NCBI GenBank assembly: GCA_013239625.1
Contig: MU056029.1
Location: 992,001 to 1,056,000, forward strand
Direction of reading: 5' to 3'
DNA: 64,000 nt
Source: Lama guanicoe
Lineage: Eukaryota
Shown: piece by piece, positions 23,701-35,930 of the stretch
Position numbering within the stretch: position 1 is the stretch's first letter
Layout: every line of letters starts with the position of its first letter
Program-made: the position numbers and the translations under genes
The notes under the pieces: model-generated
Seen by the model: the letters and a program-made list of their open reading frames with translations, nothing else
The model's database searches: none
Told to the model about the DNA's origin: nothing

Positions 23701-26700
23701 GTGCTGCTCTATGAAGACTCAGTTTTTACTCCCTGTTTTGTGGAGTTCCTTAGTTTGGTCTCCTGTTTCTGCCCGACCACTAACACCCAGCCACCTGGTT
23801 ACACAGGGCAGATGACCCCAGGGCTTCCAGTCTTCAGGTATAGCTTACAACACTTTCATCCTTAGCTCTCTCTCCGAATAGACTCTCTGGCCCTTGAGGC
23901 TCCTGGGACTTCCTTTTATTTTCCTGTGAATTAAGTGATACATTTAAATGATGTTTAATGTGATTCATTCACAATTTCTGATGGTTTTATGCTGAGAGTT
24001 CTTTAGAATTTCTAATCAACCACATTGCTAGACACAGAAGTCCCCATCCTTTCATCAGTCCACCTGGGACTTGCTTCGTCTCCAGCCTGGTCCCAGCAAT
24101 GTGGCCCAATGACCTGCAGAGGGCACTCTCTTGCCCTCATCTGGCTAGGAAGCTTGCAGCAGGGCTGGAAGCAGGGGCTCGGGCACTGCTGGGCCCCTGA
24201 GACACTCTCCTGGCCTTTCTATCTACTGGCTGTGGGCTCAGAGGTCCTCTGCGGGACCCTCCCGTCAAAGTCTCAATGTGCCCGCCTCTGGCTGGACCTG
24301 TTCTTCTCCTCCATGGTTCCTAAGATGTTTAACTCTTTGCCAATTATCCCTCTGAGCGCTGACTGAGTCCTTCACCACCTACTCTCCTGACTGCTCTATC
24401 CCAGGGGGTACCTTGTCATATCTTTATCCTTTTTCCTTTTCCCCAGTCCAATTCCAGGGCCCACCTCAGCTGCCCCGGATCAGCACTGCAGGAGACAGGG
24501 CCCCGGCGCTGGTGTGTTTTAAAAGCTCCATTTGCCATTCTCATTCTTGCCCCGTCGTTCATCTTTTACACCCTGAGTTCATACTCTGATCACACTGTCA
24601 GTTTCAAATTATACTGGACCTTTTACTTTCATTAAAATCAGGAAGCTTTTATTTCTCTATTTAGAAAAGCATGCACGTGTGCCGAGCAAAGCGCAGTGCG
24701 TGGACAGCACCTGCCCCACGCCGCCGCGGGGAGGCCGGTCTGCACCCTGCGAGGTGCAGGAACAAAGGCCTCCCTCCGGCCTCTCGAATACCAGTGGATG
24801 CCAGCGCCCTCTCACTCAAACCACTTCAATAAGCTTGGAACACAACCCATCATCTCCATGGCAACCATGGACCTGACCACGGGGAGACTCGGGTCAGGGC
24901 TCTGGCTCCCCGGGTCTCCAACCGCAGGGGTCTGAGGGCGGCCTCAGAGCACGGATGTCCCGCCTCGTTCCAGACCCTGATGCCCTAAAGAACCATCCAC
25001 CTGACACGTGCTGCCACGCTGGCGAGCTGTTTAGTAAACTCACACAAGGAGTGAGTATTTCAGAGTACGTATTTCATGCATCTTAACTTTGCTGTGCTAT
25101 TTATATCACTTATTGAAAGATCTTTTCATGTCATATAATGTATTCACACAGTGGTGCACTCGCACAGTGTATTTATAGAGAAATCCAGCACCCTTGTGGT
25201 GTTCAGACACTCGCATACCAAGTTTTTAAAGCTGCTGTGTGATGATTATGCTTATTTTAATTCCTTTAATATCTGCTCCTGGGAAATGTAAACAGATGTT
25301 TCTAATTACCCCCTTTGTGCGTGCACATGGAAGATTTAGATTTCATGAAGAGAAGGTGTCTACCGTGGCAACAGGAATCATGAAAGGATGGTTTTGATGG
25401 TTAAAACACCCATATTTTGCTCTGGAAGTTGGTAAATAAACAAGAACTATTGAAATATTTCAAAGGAAAAGCATTGTTTTAAGAAAGCAGGCACTCTCCC
25501 TCCGCTGGCAATGTCCTGTTAAACGTTAATGTCTGATCCTATTCGTATTCAAATGAGTCCAAAGAAGTCAGGACACACAACTGTGGGCCAGCCAAGCTGA
25601 CTTGCCACTGAAAGCACATTTTTATGTAGCATCCAAGTGGTGATTTAAAGCAGCGAACGGTCGCCATTCACCAAAGCTCTGGTTAGAGCATCAACTATCA
25701 AGTTAATTGTACATTTTCCTGATTTCGTGAGTAACGTTGGGTATTAAAATACAGGTTTTCCATATGCGACTTGCCTCACGTCGGCTAGCAGCTACACTAT
25801 TTTTGGCATGAAACAATAATTCTAAGTGTCCTTTTATGTTCCTCAGTTCCTTTGTGGGCCTTCTCAGGAACCACACAGCCAGGATTCAGCTATGACATGA
25901 CGCAGCTTAGAGGGACACTTTTTTTTCCTTTCCACAATTTTGGAATTGTGCGTGCCAAATTCAGTTATAACAGAACCAAAGATGTCAGCGAGTCAGCTGC
26001 TGTGTTCATCAGAATTGGAGTGTATAATTTATAACTGGCAATATAATTAACAGCTGGTAATTTAATCATCTGTGATTCACTTGCTATACATTGACCTTCA
26101 AAGCTGTGAAACTGCTGTCACTTAAAATGTATAGGGCTGTGATGTCACAAGAGCTGCATTCCTTTTTGGCCTCCTCCGGCTACGCTCTGACTCAGAATTT
26201 AACCCCATGACCTAAAGAGACTTTTTGCATGACGTTAAACAGAACAGTCCCGTGAGCGACAGGCATCTGCAAGAGATCCTAAGACTCACTTCTCACCCAT
26301 CATCAAATTTTACCTTGATGGGTGACGACTGTGATGGTCTGATTGCCTTCCAGTGAGGACAGGAGCCAGAGAACTCACATTTGAACTTAGGCTCCGCACG
26401 TGAGGACTTCCCAGAGCGGCAGCAAATGTCGGGAGGTTCCGTGGACCAGGCTTGACAGAGCTGCCCAGTGGCCTCACTTCTCTGCTGGGGTGCCTCCCCT
26501 CTGGGTCTGGCCAGATGAGGGTAAGACAGTAAGGAAGGAGGAAAGGGGACTGACTGGCATAGCTGAGGTTCAAAGATTATGCCCAAGGACAAGGGCACTG
26601 GCATCCAGGGTCAGCACGTCCCACGGAATACCAACTGGTGGTCAGAATTAGGGTTTCCAGAATTACATTTTTGCCCCTCAACCGTCCACGACTAAAGCCA

Positions 26701-27030
26701 CTGGAGCCAGGAGGGAGCGAGCTCACATCCGCTTCTGGTCAGTTTCATCAGCACAGCCTGGGAACCACACTGAAGTGTCAGGGAACGGGTGACGATGTCC
26801 CCCGCATGCCAGTCTGCCTGTTCACAGCACGGCCGGTGCCAGGTGAACTCGGCTTCCCTGGCTGACAGGGACAGCTGATGGCAGGATGCACACAGAGAAA
26901 GAATGAGAAACATAAAGGAAGCTTGGATTGTCTCACACTGAAAACACTCTAACTCCTATTCTTTACCTATCTATCCACATATACAATACCCAAGGCAGTG
27001 ACAGATAGCTGTACCGTTATGTAATTTTTA

Positions 27031-27166
27031 TTTTTGATTTGTCTTTTTTTGGTGGGGGAGGGGCAATTAAGTTTATTTATTGATTTATTTTGACCGAGGT
27101 ACTATAGGTTGAACCCAGGGCCTCACACATGCTAAGCATGCACTCTACCACTGAGCTATACCCTCC
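27031..27166 (-). mobile_element. Vic-1-like tRNA-derived SINE
   Basis: Reverse complement of ggagggtatagctcagtggtagagtgcatgcttagcatgtgtgagg...gggttcaacc plus an A-rich tail, with TSD GTAATTTTTA (27021-27030 and 27167-27176). Confidence 0.85.
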
Positions 27167-28200
27167 GTAATTTTTAAATATTGTGGGTTGTTTGCAAGAA
27201 GGATGATCAGTTAGCCAATGGACAGGCATTTTTTAAATCAATTCATTTATCCATGGACTTTGATTCAGTCACTGCATTCATTCATTCATCGTTTTCTATT
27301 CATTTATGTATCACATTTGCCCCGCCAAGCTCACAGAATAAGTATTTGCTGTGGATTCAGTTTCCAAGACATGCAACATTTTTATTTAAAGTCGCTGTTC
27401 AAGCCCGTCTTTTCTCTCATGAAGATCGTTCAAAGGTCCGTCTTTTCCTTTTCCTCCTTTCTGGCTGCCTGGCCAGTGCCCTCATCACCGCATCTCCAGG
27501 TCGTGCAGCAAACTGCCTCCCTCTGCTTCAGGCCAGCTCTCATGCCGCTCATCATGATGGTCTCTGGTCCTGGCTGGTCCGCCCCGCCTCACTGTGGGTT
27601 TGCATCCAAGGCTGGACAGAGGAGCGTCTCTCCAGCCTCGCGGGGGGCTCTCCTCTCCCGAGGAGTCCCCTCTGAGCCCGGGTCCTGGCCGGACCCTCTC
27701 TCCCCTGTGCCCCTCACTCTGGGCTTCCAGGCTCTGCCAGGAGGGTCCTGCCTGTCCTGCATCTGTAAATAACCTGAAACTGGGCTCATCACGGCCTGAG
27801 CTGAAGATCCTGCTCTTCCCAGGCAAGGAGGGTTCTCCCTGCCCATCACGTGAACTGTGACCTCCGGCTGGTCTGCCTTCACTTGGTGGTGGATTTCCCT
27901 CCTGCGCCAGCGCGGCCAGTCTGTCTGACCCCCTCTGTGTTGCCCTGCTCCTCTCCACACTTGGTTCTCCTCGTGTTTCCCCGTCTTACAAGCCTTTCCC
28001 ACACCACACCGTCTTCCTGCCAAGCACCCTCCAGGGGCACATCCCCACGGAGCCTTCTTGGACTCTCTCCTGCTTTATGGGCTCGCTTAGGTCTCGCCTA
28101 GAATAGGAGGGCGACCAGCATGATTCCTAAGACTATGATTCTCTGAAACATCAGAAGCCATACGTGACAGTTTACCAAGTAACTGCTCTCTACTTGTTTC

Positions 28201-28732
28201 TTCTTCTGTTACTTATTTTTTTAATTGCAGTGTAGTCAGTTTACAATGTGTCAATTTCTGGTGTATAGCACAGTGCTTCAGTCATACACGGACATACATA
28301 TATTCCTTTTCATATTCTTTTTCATTATAGGTGACTACAAGATATTAGATATAGTTCCCTGTGCTGTACAGAAGAAACTTGTTGTTTATCTATTTTATAT
28401 GTAGTCATCAGTATCTGCAAATCTCAAACTCCCAATTTATTCCTTCCCACCCTCTTCCCCCCAGTAAGTTTGTTTTCTATGTGAGTCTGTTTCCGTTTTG
28501 CAAATAAGTTCATTTGTGTCTTTTTTTCTCTTTTTATAGATTCCACATATGAATGATATCATATGGTATTTTTCTTCCTCTTTCTGGCTTACTTCACTTT
28601 GAATGACAACCTAAATATCCACTGACAGATGACTGGATAAAGCCATGGTATATTTATACAATGGAACACTACTCAGCCATAGGAAAAAATAATGCCATTT
28701 GCAGCAACATGAATGGCCCTGGAGAATGTCAT
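28201..28732 (-). mobile_element. L1 3' end with 5' inversion (non-inverted 28201-28606, inverted 28607-28732)
   Basis: Antisense 3'UTR switches to sense acaacctaaatatccactgacagatgactgg, with a 12-bp TSD TCTACTTGTTTC (28189-28200 and 28733-28744). Confidence 0.87.
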
Positions 28733-29089
28733 TCTACTTGTTTCATGAACACCCCATGCATCCATCCTGGGTTACAGGAGAGAGTCGATGTATAATTTCC
28801 GACATGCCGTCACAGGGTTGTGGGGGCCTCTGAGGGACAGACTTCCTGTTGTTCTGTTCCAGGGTTTGTGTGTGTGCAGGTGCATGCACCTGCACACAGG
28901 TGTACCCAATGATAATTACTTGTTAACAGAACAGAAATTAAACCACCTTTACATGACTGATATTTTAATTAAGAATTTACTTAAAATTTATTTCCACATT
29001 TCAGTCATCCCTTACCAAATAATGAGATCTGCTGGAATAGCTCTAAGTGAGAAATAATTTACGTGCCAAACATCTCACTTGTTTTAGGG

Positions 29090-30320
29090 GGCAGTTAAAT
29101 ACTTTTAAGGATATTCACAAAGGGCACCGCAGTCTAATTCCAGGGCATATCTGTCATCCTCCAAATGCACCACGTGCCCGTGTGCAGTGATCCTGTGGCT
29201 TACACCCTGTCGCCCTAAGCAGGCACTAACCACCATCTCCATGGATGGCCTTTTTCCCTGCACGTTTCATGTAAACAGACCCACGCGATGTGGCGTATTT
29301 CATGACTGGATTCTTTCCCTCCTCACGATGTCTTTGTGGAGCATCTTTTCGTAGCACCTTCACTTCTCTTTGGTGCAAATATTCATTCCAAGTGTGGATC
29401 AGCCACTCGTTCACGCATGTATCAGTGATTGCTTGGCTGGTCCCCACTTTCGGGGTATTATGACTAGTGCTGCTATGAACATTCGTGTACTAGGATTCGT
29501 GGACAAATATTTTCCTTTCTCTTGGGTATATACCTAGGAGTGGAATTGCTGGGTCAAACGGTAACTGACTAGGAAACTGTCCAACTGCTTTCCCAAAGTA
29601 GCCACGTCAGTTTGCAGTCACCCCAGCGCCCCAGCAAAGTATGAGGGTTTCAATTTCATCATATCCTTGCAAACATTTGCTATTTTTTTTAAATTGTCAT
29701 TTAGTAGTTATGAAATAGCATGTCATTGTGGTTTTATTTTGCATTTCCCTAAAGACTAATGATGCTGGGGTGAGGGGGTGGGTCTAGCTCAGAGGCAGAG
29801 TGCATGCTTAGCATGCATGAGGTCCTAGGTTCAATCCCCAGTCCCTACATATAAATAAATAAATAAACCTAATTACCCCCCAAAACAAACAAACAAACAA
29901 AAACCTAATGATGCTGACTGTTCTTTTTGCTTACTGGCCATTCATTATCTTCTTTGAGAGAAAGGTCTGTTCAAAAACTTGGCCAACTTTTTAAATTTGT
30001 TTTTCTCATCATTAAGTTGTAAAATTTCTTTATGTAGTCTAGCTATACGTCTTATGTTAGTTATACTCATTGCAAATATTTTTCCCTCGCTATGGACTGG
30101 TTTTCATCTTCTTAACAGTATTTTCAAAGAGCTAAAGTCTTAAATTTTGACCAAGTACAAATTAGCAATGTTTTCTTTTAACACTTGGACTTCTGATGTT
30201 ATATTTAAGAAATCTTAACTGAACCCAAGATCAGGAAGATTTAGCTCTATTTTTTTCTGTAAGTGTTGTATAGTTTTAGCTCCTCCATTTAGGTCTAGAA
30301 CCCATCTGAGTGCACTTTGT
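29090..30320 (-). mobile_element. Older L1 (L1M-type) 3' region with a nested SINE
   Basis: tgctgctatgaacattcgtgtac, cttgggtatatacctaggagtggaattgctgggtca, cattgtggttttattttgcatttccctaa. Confidence 0.8.
29768..29904 (+). mobile_element. Vic-1-like tRNA-derived SINE nested in L1
   Basis: tagctcagaggcagagtgcatgcttagcatgcatgaggtcctaggttcaatcccca with a (taaa)n/(caaa)n tail and TSD CTAATGATGCTG (29756-29767 and 29905-29916). Confidence 0.87.
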
Positions 30321-30683
30321 AGGCAGACTATGTTTGTATGAATTTGCTTGTCAAAGACAGGAGGAAGGGCACTTCGCTCCTGGTAAAGAGAAATGCAGGT
30401 GCAAAGGCTTGGCGTCCACAGAAGTGGTACAACTTAAATTTGGAGGGATGCAACATACAGAGTAAGCTGAAGAGGCAGCTGTTCTGAAGAGAGGAAACCC
30501 TGACCAAGGCAGGAGCAATGAGGCTGTCAGGAGAGCCGGCTGGGTCAGCAGCAGGGGTGACATGAAGGCACCCAGGGGCTCAGTGCCTCCCATAGTGCTG
30601 GTCAGGGGGACTGAGCGGCTGCCGATTCACCATGGAGAAAAAGGGAGGTGGGTGAATCAGAAGGGGAAGGAAGGACGCTCTGG

Positions 30684-31175
30684 ATTTTTTTTTTTAATCA
30701 TGGGACAATACATATCACATGAAATTTACCAGCTTACTTTCACAGTATATACATGTATCAAATCACTATGATGTACACCTTAAACTGACCCCATGTTATG
30801 TGTCAAAATATTTCAATCAGGTTGGAAAACTTTTACCAGTGGATCCATTTTTAAGTTCAGCGGCATTAAGTAGCTTCACATTGTTGTGCAACCATGACCG
30901 CCATCCATCTCCAGAACATTTTTCCTCTTGCAAAACAGAAACTCTGTACACATGAAACACGGACTCCCCAGTCTCATCTCCCCCACCTTCTTGTGAACAC
31001 CCTTCTGCTCTCCACCTCTGTGAGTCTGACTGCTCTGGATACCTCACGGAAGTAGAATCAAACATCATTTGTTCTCTGGTATCTGGCTTATTTCACATAG
31101 CACAATGTCTTCCAGGCCCATCCATGGTACACAAGTGTCAGAACTTTCTTCCTCTTTCAGGCTGAATACTCCAGG
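30684..31175 (-). mobile_element. L1MB-like 3' end interrupted by a short sense L1 tail (~30733-30831)
   Basis: Antisense L1 3'UTR (cattgttgtgcaaccatgaccgccatccatctccagaac) is split by a plus-strand tail flanked by TTTACCAG (30725-30732 and 30832-30839). Confidence 0.7.
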
Positions 31176-31989
31176 ATAAGGACATTCTGTTTTGCTCACA
31201 GAAATCTGGAAAACGCCTCGGGGGCCCGGCAGTGAGGAGCAGTTAATATGATGTGGAAAAAGGAGTCTTAGCACTTAAACATGAAAGCAGTTGATTTTGA
31301 AGCAGATAGAGCAACCAAAGGGAGGGTGTGGAGTGAGAACCCTATGGTCCCTAAGAAAGGGCAGAGGGGAATCGGTCATTAAAAAGGATGAAGAAGGTTT
31401 TGTGAGAAAGCAGCAGGAAAACCAGGAGGAGGAACCTGCAGGGAGTCAAGAGTCTACGCAGCAGCAGAGGACGCGGGGCAGGGCGCTCTGGGAAGAAGCC
31501 ATGGTGTGGGAAGCCCGGAGAACGTGGGCCACCCCGTGCTAACTGCTTCCGCAGAACCCTTAGCCAGAAGTCCAAGGGCACCCTGGCAAGGTGAGGAGGG
31601 AGAGTTCATGGCTCCTCCCCAGTGCGGGGAAAGCGGAGGACAAGTGGCTGGCGGGTGGAAAGAAGGGGGAGCCTTCCCAACTGAAGACAACTGATGGGGG
31701 CGCCAGAGCAGACAGGGCCCAGTTTCACTGCAGAGAGGGCTGCAAGAGGAGCCGCATCCTGGAGGCAGCGAGCAGGGAGACAGAGCAGAGCCCAAGAGAC
31801 ACGGGGCTCTGGGTGCCAGGGAGACGGCAGAACGGTCCACTTCTCTCTCTATCTTTTCAGGGGCCGTTTGATGAGACGAGAAACAGGAAAGGAGGTGGCT
31901 TCAAGAGGGAGAGTCCCCCAACAGCCACTACGGGGAAACTTGCTGAGTCAGAGAGGAAAGGTAGGTACACAGCTGTGGTTACATGTGGA

Positions 31990-32095
31990 AAATACAGACA
32001 GACAGACACGTACATACACACAGAAAGAGAGAGATAGGTAGATAAATACACAGATGGATGGATGGATAGATAGATAGATTGATACAGAGATAGGT
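31990..32095. repeat. Compound (GACA)/(GATG)/(GATA)n simple repeat
   Basis: agacagacagacac...gatggatggatggatagatagatagattgata. Confidence 0.8.
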
Positions 32096-32740
32096 AATGC
32101 ACTAAAATTGTACTAAAACATGGAAGTACTGGAGCATCTCTGGGAGATGGGGTCAGGGGTTTTCAGTCATGTTGTACAGCTGCCAAATTTTCTATAAGGG
32201 GCTATTTTATCAGCGTGCTAAAACCGTCCAATTCTATGTTTAGAGATAATTGGGCACAAAACCAAAACAAAGTGCTGAGCCGTTCGGAGGATCCAGCAGA
32301 GATGGAAACTGTACACTGGCAGAAGAGCCAGTCAGCAGGATTCGGCGGCTCTTTTCAGCTCCTCTCAGCAGTCCAGCGGGGATGAACTTGGGCTAACAAC
32401 ACCACCAAGACCGCACATTTCTGAGACACTCGTCATCATAGCCCTGCTCCAAGGCTCACGCTGCTGTCACGTCAGCTCTCCGGCAAGAAAACTCAGGCCT
32501 GGATTAATGAATTTGCCTAATCTTAAGCAACTGAAAGGCAGAGCCAAGTAGGTCCAACCCCGACCCTGTGTCCTTACATCCTACCAGACAGACAAGGAAG
32601 GAGGGGCGAGAGGAGTGATGTCGAGAGAGGGGCCGAGCTTGGGAGGAGGAAGACATCTGGGCTGAGGATACAGGAGGACTGAGGAAGGGAGAATGGGGAA
32701 CCCAGCCAGAGGCTGGAATCCCCAGTTCAAGGCCACAGAG

Positions 32741-33286
32741 CACTGGGGTGCATGTGTCTTTTCAAATTAGAGTTCCCTCCGGATATATGCCCAGGAGTGG
32801 GATTGCTGGATCACATGGTAAGCCTATTTTTAGTTTTTTGAGGAATCTCTAAACTGTTTTCCATAGTGACTGCACCAAACTGCATTCCCACCGACAGTGT
32901 AGGAGGGTCCCCTTTCAATACCACATGACATCACTCGTATGTGGAATCTAAAAAAAAAAAAAAAAAGACACTAACGAACTCACCTACAAAATGAAAAAAG
33001 ACTCACAAACATAGTAAACAATCTTGTGGTTACCAGGGGGTGAAGGGGGCAGGAAGGGATAAATTGGGAGTTTGAGATTTGCAAATATTAACTACTATAC
33101 ATAAAATAGATGGAAAGCAAATTTCTTCTGTACAGCACAGGGAACTACATTCAATATCTTGTCGTAACCTACAGTGACAAAGAATATGAAAAGGAATATA
33201 TGTGTGTATGTGTATGACTGAATCACTATGCTGTGCACCAGAGTTTGACACATCGTAACTGACTACACTTCCATTAAACAAAAAAA
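32741..33286 (+). mobile_element. L1 3' end with 5' inversion (inverted ~32741-32916, sense ~32917-33286)
   Basis: Antisense cactggggtgcatgtgtc...gtaggagggtcccctttc is joined to sense aataccacatgacatcactc...3'UTR and an A-tail. A degenerate TSD is present: aaggccacagagca / aagacttcagagca. Confidence 0.85.
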
Positions 33287-35494
33287 GACTTCAGAGCAGG
33301 CCCTGTGTTCCTGGCTTATCTAGTTGTCCTTGTGATTCAAAATGCAGTGTATGAAGCTTTTACCTATATTTCATCTTCTATCCACCTTCCTACTCAGCTT
33401 CATTTGCTTAAATACTATCATTATTACTGGACTTCCTAAAATCGCTCCTGGTGTTTATCGAAGACAAGTCATTTATACCTTAAGACAGACTCAGGTTTAA
33501 GATGAGTCTTCAGTTTTTCATTTATTTCTACACAAGCCTTTTCTCCCTCGGGAATCACACTGGACAGAAGCTCTCCACGGGGGCAGCGACTGACTCAATC
33601 ACCATGGGGACTCACCATGGGAACGACGCTAACTCAGCATCACTGGAGCAGAGCAGGTGTGGGTGCCCTGGGCCTGGCCCCTTGCCCTCTCTCCTCGGAC
33701 GCCAGCCCCTGAGCCCTGCAGCTTCCCGGCGCGGCTACGGCTGGGAGGAGTGAGTGGAAACCGCGATGCGTGCCTGCCAATCCAAGACGGATTCTCCACA
33801 CCTGGTCTCACCAGTAAGAAACCTGATATTCTGGTTGTCAGCCTGTTGACTTTCTTTCTTTCTCAGCTGGTTTCAAGAGGGGGAAAGGGGATGCTTTACT
33901 GACCTCTTAATCCCTCAGTAATATCTGAGCCACCAACGCAGCACAGGTCATACATCTCGTTCCATCATTAACCGGTGTGTGTGCGTGTGCGCGTGTGTCT
34001 TTAATCCTGTTACTGTCTCTTTTCCACTTCCTCCCTCATTTAAAATATGCCTTTTTCCTTACTGCTCAAAGTGATGCTTAAGAAGCCATTTTGGGGAGAA
34101 AACCTATACAAATGCAAATGGATTCAATACATAATCCTAAAGAACTCCTGGCCACTGTCCTAGAAATGACAATCCTGTATTTACTCCACAGAGCTCCAAG
34201 AGCACCGGCTGTGGGGTTAGACCCCACCCCGGGGCTTCTCGGGAAACCTAAACACCCGCCTCCATTTGGACGCCTCTGGCCACAAGCCACCTCAGAGCCG
34301 CTCTGCACTGGCTTCAATACTTAGGGCTGGGCTGTTGTTCCCAATTGTTCACCCCTCCCAGCATCCATATCGTTCATCAGATGTCTCTGCAGAGATGTTT
34401 CACCAGGCTTCCCCTGCCCATTGGCCAGGACTTGCTTTGGCCAGTGTGACAGTGGGGACCTGGCATAAACAAAGATGAGAAATGCGCTTGCTCGGCTGGG
34501 CTTGCGCTCCTGTACTCCCAGCAAGTACACGTGCCCAGAAGGTGAAAGGTACATGGTGGAAGTCTGGACCCAATTTGCTGCTTGGAGCCAAACCCACCAA
34601 GGCACAGCCTCGAGCAGTCAACCCCCAGCCAACCGGTAGACGTGTGAGGTTGAAAAAACAACTGTGGTTCTGCACCACGGCATTGTAGGCAGATTGCTAT
34701 GTTGCATAACGGTGGTAAAAGCTAAGTGATGCACTGAGGTAGGACTGCTTCAAAATTGTTTCACTGAGTGGCTCAATAATGTCACAAAAAACCTCAGATC
34801 ATTTTCTTCTTCTTTTTATCCCATAAGCTGCCTCAGGCTAGCATCCCCCAGTTGCAAGCTGGCCACCTCATACGACACACCAGAGCTTCCCGCACAGGAG
34901 CGTGTCTTCCTCCTGACATGTCCAGAAGACAGACGGACTTCCCAGGCAGCCCATCCGACAGCTCACCCCTCTGGGTCAAAAGTGGGTTATGTGGTCACCA
35001 GCTAACCAAATCAGCAGCAAGGCCGATGGGGTGCGATGACTTCAGAATTTACACCCGAGGCAAAGGAAAGAAAGAGTTTCCTCACCCGAGGGGAGTAATG
35101 AGCACAACTGGGATTCTACGAGCAAATGAGAAGGGGAGGGAGATGCCAGTGGGCAGGCACAGACATCTACGTGACACCTTCATACCGACGTTGTGAGCAG
35201 AGCACAAGCAAAGTGCTTAGAAAAACTGGCTTGCACAAAGTAAGCTCAAACTACAAGCCAGTTTTAGTCCATCTGTTCTTCTAATAATGAAACATGGAGT
35301 AGGAAGGGCAAGTGAGACTAGGCACAGAAAAAGGGGAGCTGTAGTGGGCGAGAGGGCTTGTGTCATCCTTCAGTGGCACTGGCTGCCCTGCCAGCCTGCT
35401 GCCCTGCCGTCCCAAACTGTGTGCTTTCCAATTTCATACACGGTCACAAGACACAGGGAATCCACGCATCGAAAGGCATGTTCCTTTTGAAACA

Positions 35495-35930
35495 CATATC
35501 TGTGTGTGTGTATGTCTGTGTAGGTACACAAATGCAGAACATACATATTTATATGTAATATGTACATATTCTATAAATGTTAAGTATCTTCCAAAGAAAC
35601 CTGCAATGTGCTTTTGTAACTGAATATTTGCCTAAACATATAAATTATGTGTATATATGTTAATGTATAATACACAAATATATATGCTTACATAAAATGT
35701 AATATATAAAGTAGATTGTTTTATACACTATATATTTTATACTATATATGCTATATATTTTATACAGTATGTATTTATACATAATATATATTTTAAATGT
35801 TCAATGTATTTACATACGTATTCACTTACATATAAACGTCACCTATAATACACTACACATTGCAAGTATATATTTATACATATAAATACATGTACACATG
35901 TAAACATACAAATATATATTTATGCATCTA
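35495..35930. repeat. AT-rich low-complexity (TA/CA/TG) region
   Basis: Dense tatata/tacata/tgtata runs. Confidence 0.8.

Noticed and set aside
27181..28101. Cluster of overlapping 140-185-aa ORFs on both strands
   Set aside because: There is no recognisable domain, and the Pro/Ser/Gly/Arg-rich translations are typical of chance ORFs in GC-rich intron. The same applies to the other short ORFs in the track.
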